NCBI GenBank assembly: GCA_965113315.1
Contig: OZ220367.1
Strand: one strand, 5' to 3'
Length of the DNA stretch: 64,000 bases
From: Podarcis vaucheri
Taxonomy: Eukaryota
The translations under genes and the position numbers were made by a program. The notes below the pieces were generated by a model that did no database searches, was not told where the DNA came from, and saw nothing but the letters and a program-made list of their open reading frames with translations. Positions 35,153 to 46,497 of this stretch are shown one piece after another (positions within the stretch are counted from its first letter, which is position 1; each line of letters begins with the position of its first letter).

Positions 35153-38100
35153 CTCAAATTTTCAAAACTGAAACCAACACATAATTGTTGTTACTTGGCC
35201 TGTAGTGAAAGAAAGAAAAACTTCAAAGAAAGAATCCTTGATTGATTGCAGAACTGATTTATTTTATTTTTGTTCCCTTGGAAGAATGTTTTTCATTTAT
35301 ACTTCAAATGCCCATTTCACCCTGCAAGACGGACATAAAGAACTGGTGTTTATAAATGAAAATCCGTCTTTCTTTTCAGCTTTTGAGAAGAGGCTTATGT
35401 TCATTAAATTGAAGATCATTACATTAGAGAACACTTTTTCATGCTGCAACAGTACTTGTGGTAGTCATGGAGACCTACGTAAAGCTGCAACAGCACCATT
35501 TTGTGTGTGTGATGTGAATTTTTGAAGGTTTAATTAAATTCTATCAATATACAACACTTGGTTAATTACACTTAAAAAGGGGAGTAAGATGAAGATGTGG
35601 AGAATACATCTGTTTATAGGGTGAAAACTGATTTATTGTGGTAAGCTTTTGGGTAGACAAGAAGCCTCCCATACCTCTTAAAAGATGTTCTTCAATTACC
35701 TGACTTTGAAAGGGACAACTCAAGAGCCACTTAACTATGACTCTGTGGCTCAGGGGTTGGGTACAGCAGTGATGTCTGCCATGTTGATGGAGCGCATTGC
35801 CAGTAACTCTCCCAGCAAAAGTCATGTTTGCCTTGGCTGCTAGCAATACTCTCCTGGCATGGTCAGGACCACGGTTAGCTGTACAATTCTGAAGTCAGGG
35901 AGTTGTCTAGTTACTGGGATGATACAACCTTATGGTAACATACAGGTAACTGTAGGGCTAAGTGAGTTATAGCAACCTCTTTTAAAATAGTGCCTGGCAT
36001 TATGTTGGACTTTGTGTGCAACAACAGTGAGCTTCCATATCCTTCTCTAACAAAGAGATATGGTAGTCCTCTGCCAACCCCTCTAGGAAAAGCAGAGCTG
36101 GACTGCTTTGGCGGAACTCAAGGGAAGGGATCCCAGGGTGTGCTCTGCTCCTGTTAGAACTCTGACCCAGTTAAGCTTACTCCCTGCTCATCGAGCCTGG
36201 ACTTGAGCTAGCCTAAGTTTTCTATAAAGGGAGCTTGTCTACACTGGTGGCATGTTGTTGCAAGATTGGCAGCTTTTGATTATTTCATAAAGGATCTACT
36301 TGCAAAGCCACTAACTTGGGGCAGGGGTGGGGAACATTGTTCTTGACCAAGTGAGCCTAGTTTGTGCATCACACTAAGCCAGACCAAATGTCTGGAGAAA
36401 ACTAAAGCATGAGCCCAGTTTTGGGTAACCTGCTAAGCCAAATCACCATTTAGCTTGGCATGGAGCAGCAAACGCAGTCTCCTATCCTAGTACCCATGAG
36501 TTTGGGTTAAGCTATGGGTTGGGCTTAGTGTGATGTACAAACCAGGCTAGTGGCACTCTCTGGTCTTATATTTTTGATGTGGACTCAAATAAAATTGTAA
36601 CAGAAGTCTCTATGCCTTAAAAGTAGGACCACGTTAACAAGCTTAACTTAGCCAGTCAGTTACCGATCATAATTAGCTTCCTGTATTCATTAACAATATA
36701 GAGGTCACTGCTATTACAATATTATGCTAAGACACAGATTTATGTACTGATCTATACAGAGGGTAACACAGAAAAATGGGGGTATTCAAGGAGCCACTCA
36801 GATACAGAAAAGTTAACATATATGGGCTCCAATCAAGGGAATGATGATTGCACTTAAATCCCACTGAAATCAATTTCATGAGCAACTTAACTCCATTAAC
36901 TTTCAAGGGATTTAAACACTAATTTTTGCAAGCACAAGCTCAGTATAATTTGTAGAAAAACCAGACACCACAAAGTAACAGCAGCTAGTGAAAACCACCA
37001 ACAGTTGCCCGATTTTGAAGGATCGTCAGTCACCGTATAGTGCTTCTGTTAAGATCCTTGTTAGCTGCTTCCTTGGGGCAGGAGGCTAAGAAGATCTCTA
37101 AGTACTGACCTTCAACATTCCAGGAACATAGAACACTTTTCATAGTAACTGTCTGTAGCAAATCAAAGAAGAATGATTATGTGGGAAAGTGGGTCTCTTT
37201 TTTACACATTTAGGTGACCCAACTGCAAGTCCCGAATTTCATGTTTTAAGAAATCCTGTTCTAGATAGCATCCTGTTTTTAATTCAGATTGTTGCTGATG
37301 CAGGGATGCTTTCAAGTAGGAAGTTTAAGGGTGCACCAAGGTAGCAAGAACAGTTTGTGGAACCTTAAGCAAGATAACAGTAAAAGCAAAAAAAAATCAA
37401 TGGAGAGACTTGATAATACAAGCAGAGTTTTTGCAGAGCATGGTAAAGCTAGGCTCTAAGCTTCCTAGTCTGAACTAGTAAAGGAGAACACACAGAATTT
37501 ATGCACCTGAGACCCTCCCCATATTAACAAATCAGCCAACTATACACCATGTACAAACCTTACTTTACTGCCAATAACATTTTTTTAATGAGAGGTTGGT
37601 TGGATGAGCTAGGAATTTAATAGAACAAAATACCACAATTCACAGGACCAAAATGTGATATATGTATCTCAAGCACTTTGCAGAGCCAAAGCCACTGATA
37701 ATTTGATCAATAGGAGTTATAGCAAATCAAGGAAAACATGCATCTTTTACCATTCCATTCCTTTCATTTCCTTGTCTCTAGGCTCCTGAACTAGCTAGCA
37801 TGGAAGGTCACCAATGAAAGCAATAGGGAGAATCTTAGACTAAACTGCTTTAAAAAGGGATTTGTGTTGCTACAGCAGTCTGAAGATTTTGCTGCTTGTT
37901 ACAGCCCCAAAGAATCACTATTACAAGACAATAGTATTACAAACCTTTGTAGCTATAAGCTCATTCACAAAATTACATCAATTTCTATGTAAAAATGATA
38001 AATATTCTGAAATGCTACAATAAATAGCACACAGCTGTATATACAGTAAGTAGTTGCCAATTTGCACACCGCATACATGGTTGATACCATCTGCTATTAA

Positions 38101-38597
38101 AACTGCAGTTAAATCAGATATTATAAAAATGTAGTTGGCTACATTGTATCTATGTGTAACAGTAATAAGCAAGAGTATTTCATAAATTTATTCAAAAATA
38201 ATTAAAATATACCACTGAAATCAGATTAAACACTTTTATTTCTTAATTTCAATAATATATTTTAAATGTTTTGGTAACCTGATGAATCTAAGGAAGTTTT
38301 ATTAGCTGCTAAAAAGGATCATGCACTTCCATCTTAAACTCATTATATGGAAGGACAGCCCAATGAAATTAACAGGACTAATTAAAATCAGTGGGACTTC
38401 CAAGTAATGGATTTAGCATCAGGTTGATAAGTTACATTTTAAATACATATGGTTTTCCTATTTAGCATTGTCATTTTAAAACCTGCTTTCTTCTTCAAAT
38501 AGAACAATACATTTTCCACTAGTAGCCATGTCAAAACTATGCACTTCACCAGAGATGTTAAGAGATATCCTAATTGGATGGGTCTATCCTGCTCTTA

Positions 38598-38953
38598 GGA
38601 ACGCAGGTGGCACCGTGGTCTAAAACCACTGAGCCTAGGGCTTGCTGATCGGAAGGTCGGTGCGACGGAGTGAGCTCCCATTGCTTGGTCCCAGCTCCTG
38701 CCAACCTAGCAGTTCAAAAGCACGTCAAAGTGCAAATAGATAAATAGGTACCGCTCCGGCGGGAAGGTAAATGGCATTTCCGTGTGCCGCTCTGGTTTCA
38801 CTAGAAGCGGCTTAGTCATGCTGGCCACATGACCTGGAAAAACTGTCTGTGGACAAACGTCAGCTCCCTCAGCAGTAAAGCGAGATGAGCGCCACAACCC
38901 CAGAGTCGTTTGCGACTGGACTTAACTGTCAGGGGTCCTTTACCTTTACCTTT
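38598..38953 (+). mobile_element. Sauria-type SINE, near full length
   Basis: tRNA-like head, (ACCTTT)n tail, 13-bp TSD tatcctg(c/a)tctta; similar to the copies at 60915 and 23367. Confidence 0.9.
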
Positions 38954-39219
38954 TATCCTGATCTTAAGCTTTTGGTGATGTTTATTAGTTAAACCATCTA
39001 ACTTTACATAAAGCGTGTGTGTGGTATAGTGTTTACCAAGAATCACAGGGAAATTCATTCATCAATGTTGTATCTGTAGTAATGTGTACACTGCAAATTT
39101 TACACAGCAAAATTTACAAGAACAAAGATGTTCTTGCTATAGTAGCATTGTAAGCTGGGTTTTCTTTAAATTTCTGAACTGGGTAAAACTGTGGCAGAGT
39201 GACATTAAAGTTCCCTATA

Positions 39220-39400
39220 CAGTGGTACCTCTGGTTGTGAACGGGATCCGTTCTGGAGTTCCGTTCGCAACATGAGCAGAACGCAATCCGCGTCTGCACA
39301 TGCCACGATTTGCCGCGTCTGTGCATGCGCGTGACATCATTTTGTGTGTCTGCACATGCGTGAGCAGTGAAACCTGAAAGTCACACACGAGGTATGACTA
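39220..39400. mobile_element. Tigger/pogo-like MITE, internally deleted
   Basis: Starts TA-CAGTGGTACCTC; degenerate right end GAGGTATGACTA. Confidence 0.7.
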
Positions 39401-40894
39401 TATAAGCAGCTGGTAACCCTTTCAGGAAAGTCCTTTTTGCAGAAAGATTGTATAGACAGCGATACTAAAAAAAACCCCAGCCTTGCACAGATGAGTAGCT
39501 GGAGGAATTCACAACCCTATTTACTGTATAAACAGCTGTTATTTTTAATAACTTTTAGGCTCACAAAAAATATACAGATTTCAAAATGCAAATCTAAGGC
39601 ACACAAAAATACCATAACAATTTAATGTTTATAGATATTCAAGAAGCAGAAAACTGCTGGTACAAAATGATGGTATAATATTGACTTTAGATTATTTACA
39701 ATCCCTACATTTCTTCTGTTTGAACTAATCATAATCTTTGAACTAACAAAAATGCAGCATATGGGTGGTTTTTTTTTCTTTTTACAAAGTTTGTTTGCTT
39801 TAAAAATAGAATGACTGGGTTGAAATCTCGCTCTTCTTATACACTTTATAAGAATGTTATAATTCCAGCTGATTCAATGGGCGTAAAGATTGGGGAAATG
39901 GTCTGAATGGCATTGCCATGTGACCAACATTGCTGAGTGGTAGGTATGGGGGTATAATCTAAAATGCAATCATGCTGGCACACTCTCAGATATGTTCATA
40001 AAACCCCTCCAGGGTTTGCAGGATCATAGATTAGAGCCACAACTCTGAACAAGTTCGGCTTACTTGGGCCCCACAGAAATCAATGGGACTTGCTGTTTGC
40101 TAAATTACCACTGATTTTAAGGACACCAGTTGTTAACCGGGCAGAGGAGAAAGGGGCCCCTGCATCTAGCACCCATTTTATACATAGTGCTGCTGTACCA
40201 GATCTGGATAACTTGACAACAGTTTTAATCACTAATATAACACCAATCACATTGGTGTATGTGTGAGAAGCAGGAGCCAGATGTTGTCCAAACACCCTGT
40301 TCTTGCTCCCCACTTTGCCTAACAAGTTCTCTCTACTATTGAGAGTGATGATAATCTGAAAGATGGAGAAATGGAGGAGCCCCATGAGTGCAGGAGAGGG
40401 AATTTCAGTTCTCTTCCAATGCTCTTTAATCCCTGGATTGGCATACACATCTAACATTTTAAAAAGTAGCTGCAGTGATATAATTGGGATGAATTCCACG
40501 TTTACATTTCTGTACGACCAAAATCATAGGCAACTAAGGGTAAACTGAAGAATTCACATATATGTAATTTTTTCCAAACCAAAGAGATTTTCAGATTGTA
40601 CACACAACCATGGTAGACATTTAAAAAAAAACAAAAGCACCATGTCTAGAGGATCTAGACATTATTTGTTACAGCACCACTACAATATCAAGTATGTTAT
40701 CAGTAAAACTTCAAGCTCTGGTTAGACCTGTGGAATTTATGTACACGGTGGAGAATCACAAGTGTAACCAAAAAGCTTACCCTTATGGCCTGCAACCATT
40801 GCTCATACAAAACATGATAATTCAGAGCCCACTGATTTGAGCTGACAGGTCCATACCAAAAAAATTCCCCATCTCTAAAATGTAAACTGCTGAT

Positions 40895-40921
40895 CCTTGA
40901 TAAGCATGATGCTTATCAAGG
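40895..40921. repeat. Perfect 13-bp inverted repeat with 1-nt spacer
   Basis: ccttgataagcat-g-atgcttatcaagg. Confidence 0.95.
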
Positions 40922-42994
40922 CTGATATTTTGATTGTGGTTGGCTTAGTCAATTGAACTAAAATTAAAGGGGGGAATAGAGAAAAGGAGTTGGATGCTAT
41001 AGTGTTCCAGATCTGGAGTGTCTATCACACCTAATGTTTAATTTACGATGCATTGTCATGAAAAGGTAAATCATTTCTAAGGTGCAATTCACACAATCTA
41101 TGTATGGGCTGTAACCTGTTTTTACATAGGTTTGCTATTCAAGTAGGTGCGATCAGTCCCATCTGCATTCCTTCATCAGTACTGCACCATCAGTTGTTCT
41201 GAGAACATTCAGTGCCCTGTGGCACCCATCTATTTGACCTGTTAGTAACCCCTGTGTCTGGGCATTCCCAACAGTTAATGAAATCCCTGGCATCTAGTCC
41301 CCAGAAATTAGATGCTGCTGCCTAGGAATCTGAATGTCCTTCTTCCAGGACTAAAAATCTGGTCACCTAAAAATCTGAAACTAGTTGCTAGAAATGTGAA
41401 GGTTTTTTTCCAGCTTTGCTTCTTGTCAGAGCTACTAGAAGAGCAGTGTGGGCCATTACTATCTAAGAGATTTCAGATATTTGCCAAGATTGCTTCTAAC
41501 GTGAAAGCTTTGTAGCAGGTTTATGCCTATTCAAGGCTCTTAAGCAAACCAATCAGTTCAGCAACCATGCTTCAAGGATGAAATCAGTAAGCTCTGGCAT
41601 AAGCTTTACAAATGGGAAGTTGCCCTGTAGGACCAAGCGTCCACAGTTCCTGTGTGTGGCTGAAATTGTACCTGCATCTATAATGTTTGGGAACGTACAT
41701 GGCCTTAAGAAAGCATACAAAGCAGACTTTATTTGTCACACTGCAATCGTGCTGGATGAATAAGAAACTGAAAAGGGGGGGGGGAGTGTACAGACCTAAT
41801 GTGTAGTTTGAACTAAATATGCAACCTAAACCAAGACTGTAGATAGCACTGATAACCTCATAATGTAACGAGTGAGAGTGAGAGTGTGTTCATGCGTTAA
41901 AGACCAAAGTGCATTTTAACTTCAGAAGACTTTTTAGCAGGACAATGTACAACAATATAAAAACAAAGCCATACCAGCAAACTATTATAAAACCAGAAAC
42001 TAAAGGGTTTGAATTCTTGCAATGTTTGTGGTACCAGTTGTTGCTAAGGAGGAACCACATGCATACACATGAAAACTGTCCTATCTAGGGAGTTCCAGCC
42101 CAACTGGGAAGGGATTTGTTACGTGTTTGCCTGGCAGTGTATTTGGATTTACTTTTCTGGACCTTATTTGGGTATTATATACACTTTAGCAGGGGTGGCT
42201 GAATTTTATTTTATTTTATTTTATTTTGGGTTACATTCACTTCAGCCATCCCTTTGAATCCTCAAGCCAGCCATGAGTGTCACGCCCCCCTTGCTTGCAT
42301 GCATAAATGCACATGTGCGTGCATGCACACACAGAGGCAGACAGTCCACCTCCTGGGCACTTCAACACTGTCTTTTCTTTTCCTGCTGCCAAAATAGGTG
42401 GGAACTTGCATGGTGGACTGAATCAGGCCCTTGAACTGGGGTGGTTGTGCTTAGCCACCCCTACCCTATAGCGCATGAGAAACAATTTAAATGTGGTGTA
42501 TACAGAACAGGTTCTGTATGTGATTATTCTCTTTTTTACTAATATATTCATTACATGGATAGAATGAGCTGGCATCCAGGCATGTATCATGATGGCTCCT
42601 CCTGAACAACTGGTAACACAAACAATGCAATAATTTAAGAAGAGCCCTGCTGGGTTAGACCAAAGGTCTATCTAGTCCAGCATCCTGTTCTCACAGTGAT
42701 CGGCCCCCAAGCAGAGCTAAAGTTCAAAAACACTCTCCCCACTTGTGCTCCCCAGTAACAGAATTCAGAGACATCCTTCCTCTGGCAGCAAAGGGAGTAC
42801 ACAGCCATCAAGCCTAGCAGCCACAGAGCCTTATGCACTATGAACATGTCCAATCTCCTTTCAAAGCCATCCAAGCTGGTGGTCATCATTACATCTTATA
42901 ACATCAGATCCCATAATTTAACTATGCACTGTGTATAAGAGGGGAGGAGGGCATGACAGATGTGTGAATTTATATGCACCTCTATCATATTGTC

Positions 42995-43431
42995 TTTCCC
43001 AGTGGTGATTTATGGAAGTGAGAGCTGGACCATAAAGAAGGCTGATCACCGAAGAATTGATGCTTTTGAATTATGGTGCTGGAGGAGACTCTTTATAGAG
43101 TCCCATGGACTGCAAAAAGATCAAACCTATCCATTTTTAAGGAAATCAGCCCTGAGTGCTCACTGGAAGGACAGATCGTGAAGCTGAGGCTCCAATACTT
43201 TGGCCACCTCATGAGAAGAGAAGACTCCCTGGAAAAGACCCTGATGTTGGGAAAGATGGAGGGCACAAGGAGAAGGGGACGACAGAGGACGAGATGGTTG
43301 GACAGCGTTCTCGAAGCTACAAACATGAGTCTGACCAAACTGCAGGAGGCAGTGGAAGACAGGAGTGCCTGGCGTGCTCTGGTCCATGGGGTCACGAAGA
43401 GTCGGACACAACTAAACGACTAAACAACAAC
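42995..43431 (+). mobile_element. BovB (RTE clade) LINE 3' fragment
   Basis: FPVVIYGSESWTIKKADHRRIDAFELWCWRRL...LEKTLMLGKMEGTRRRGRQRTRWLD...HGVTKSRTQLND, one frameshift; (CAA)n tail; 11-bp TSD atcatattgtc. Confidence 0.93.
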
Positions 43432-45367
43432 ATCATATTGTCCTCTTTATCACCTTTTTCCGTAACTCAAAAACTTGGAAGTGTTGTAACCTTCCCTCAT
43501 AAAGGAGTTGCCCTCTTACAGCTGCTGTTTGAGTTGTGACAACCAGAACTAGTTTGAGGTTTTTTACATTCTGCTGGTGTGGCTTTGCTTTTATATTTTG
43601 TATAATTTCTTACAGAAGGAAAACTTTTTGAGACTGTCACACATTTAAGTCTTGGATACCCTCCCCACACCATGTTGTCAGATTTATCAGTGTTATCTAC
43701 TGTCTGTTGACTATCAATAATATTTTGTTTTAGTTTGCACATCAAGTTAACTGAGATTTAAAATTATTTCTGTGCACTTTTCTCTAGTTTTGTTTTTGGT
43801 TGAGGCAAGATCATATTTCTGTTTTGTGTCACTGCAATTGCGTCTCAACAAAAGTTATAATGCAGCTGGGCCCCAAAATGGAGACATAGCACAATACAGA
43901 CTTCTGCCTACTTGAGACCTTGTTTTTGGCTGGAGATGCCAGGGATTGAACGTGCAACTTTTGGCATGCTATGGGTTCCTCTTTCGTGCAAAGTCTGTGT
44001 GGAAATTAGAATGAGCCTGTGATCCTACAATTTTCTACCTGGGAGAAAAACCCAATGACAAAGTAGACTTAAGTTCTCAGTAATCACACACTGAGTTGGA
44101 CTGAATGTTTATAAAACCCTTCATGTGTTGACAGCTAACAGCTGGTGAACATTCTGGAAGATTTAATGAACTCAAATATACTATAAAACAGCCAATACCG
44201 CAAATTTCTCTTGTAAATATTTTAGAGTCCTACTTTCCAGGATGTTAATAAGGCAACTTTAGGAGGGCAGTTGCTGATGCAATTAACAGTTCTACCCCCA
44301 AGACTCTAGGAACATTTGGTTGTCACGTGTAGCTTGCAATGCTCTGCATGAAAGACACACATGCACTTATTGCTGAAACAAACTACAGCAAATCAATTCT
44401 GACAACAAAACACCGTAGCAATACAGGTATAGACAAAATGATCCTTAAGCTCATATTTGCAAATCCAAACTCTCTGTTTTATTAACTGAAACAAACCAAA
44501 AATTTCAAGGGAAAAGGTGGGGTGAGGGAAGAGTCTAAAAACCAAATATTCTTAGTATATGTGTATATGTGTACTGTTGTTGTAGCAGTATGGAACTCTA
44601 CACAGTAAGAAAAATAACGATTTCTTGGTAGAGAATGTAGAAACCTTAGACAAATGTGATCCTTATACTATTTCAAGTTAACTTTAAAAATAGAAAGTGC
44701 TTTTAAATATATATATTTACAGGTTACAACCTCCAACCATCACTAGTGATACTGTTTGTGTGTGGATGTGTGTGGACCATACACGTGCACACACAAACCT
44801 ATACAGACATGAAAGATCTGTACAAAGATAAATCATCATTGGTTTGTTATCCTTAACTTGGGCTTCACAGCAACGACTGGAAGCTGTCGGAGCAATGGCA
44901 CCATGAAGGAAAAAAAAATCAGCTTATCTTTAACTGTTTCTTGTGATTGAGCACCAAGAGCTGTGTATAGCTAATACTGTCTAAATTGATTTTACATCAT
45001 AAAAGTTGAAGTATGTTAAAATCTTTATAAAAAGCCCATTTGTAGTAAACAGACAATTCAAAGCACCAAAGTATAAATTCCAAAAGGTAATAAACTGAAT
45101 AATTCAATCAGGATTAATAACCTAGCCAAAATCATTTAACTATACATATATATTTTTTTTTTGCTTAAAATGTGCTTGAAAATCACCAGATGTTAAAATA
45201 TATAAAGTCACAGTTTAAGGAAAAAAATCATTTTTTTTACCTCAGCCTTCAAAATGGTTGAGATGAACAAAGAGTAAACCATACAAGACTTTGTTCTTTA
45301 ACAGCACCTTTAGGGATTATTGTGTAACACTGCTCCCAAGGCAAGGTTGTACAGTTGCTATAAAAAC

Positions 45368-46497
45368 TTATGCCCAATGGTTATACGGCCCGGCAACTCG
45401 AGTGAGGGCATAAGTAGACACCGTTATGATGTTATCATGAGTTACTGTTAATGCTCGGCGCGATGGAATTTGGTTGAATTCATTGTCTTCATAGAAAATC
45501 TCTCTCGTGGCACTGGCCTGGTGCACATTCCTGTCATTGGGTTGTACATTGGTATTTTCAGTGCTTGATTTTTCCGCTGCTTTCTCCTTTGCTCTCTCGG
45601 CCATCTTTGCCTCCCACAGCGCTATCCCATGTTTTGGCTCATTTAAGTTTTTGTGTTGGTAGAAGACTAACGATATCCGTGTGGGATGATTCCGGTTCGG
45701 CTTTTTAATCGGAGTTGTGGCGTGTAGCTCACGGCGTGCACATTCAATTAAGATGGAGCCGTGTGATGGTGCTACAGCTACCCCACCTATGTCATTATCC
45801 AAAAAATTATGCTCACTGTCGGACCACATTTCCTCTGCTTTTTCTTCGGACTCTGTGCGCTTTAAGAGCTCGCAACTTGGGTGTGTATCCTCAGTGGCAG
45901 AATCGCAATTTGGGTTCTTGAAACCACCTTTTTGCATTGGACACTCCTGGGAAGAACCAATTTCATTTCTGACTATATCTTCTGGAGAATTTAACGGCAC
46001 TGAGGAATCACAAGAGCTAGCCAACTGTGAGGCAGGAGAGTTTTCCAACTTTATTTCACAATTTTGCTTGCTGACTACTCCTTGTTCAAGTGTGTGGGGC
46101 AAGCTATCTCTGAAGGCTGTGGATTCTGAAACAGTAAGGTCTTGAAGAAATGGGGGCACCCCATTCCTCTTGTCATCCAGCAAAATTCCAGTATGATCGC
46201 TGATGGACACATCAAAGATCTTACCTTTGGGTGTCACATGAGGTTTGTTACTACTGCATTGCAAATACCCGTAGGGAGTTGAAAAATCTTGTTGATTATT
46301 ACTCACTGGCATTATACCACCAGCTTTGTGAGTTAATGGAGAGCAAGAATGTAAACTATCCAGCTTTAAAGGGGAGGAAGGAGCATATTGCTTTAGTACA
46401 GAGCAATTTTTAGTAGTGTCTGAATTGTGTTTTATTGTAGAAAGGTGATCACCACTCTCCATTTTTGTCCCAGGTTGCAATGAATTAGCTTTGCTCC
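45368..46497 (-). CDS. TET1: TET1 terminal exon coding part
   Basis: CTTAG|GG acceptor in frame with the 370-aa ORF; [12 protein letters not shown]...RELHATTP...GPYNHWA*. Confidence 0.96.

Larger units (their letters stand above)
32460..45367 (-). promoter_or_regulatory. Putative long TET1 3'UTR, distal AATAAA at 32482-32487 (proximal candidate 44478-44483)
   Basis: AU-rich blocks, several miR-26/miR-29 seed matches, U-rich element after the distal signal; extent is inferred. Confidence 0.55.

Noticed and set aside
40080-40499. 139-aa minus-strand ORF
   Set aside because: No recognisable domain or splice context; lies in the putative UTR.
45717-46145. 142-aa plus-strand ORF (similar cases at 48077, 8908, 11037, 5352)
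   Set aside because: Antisense shadows of TET1 or CCAR1 exons.
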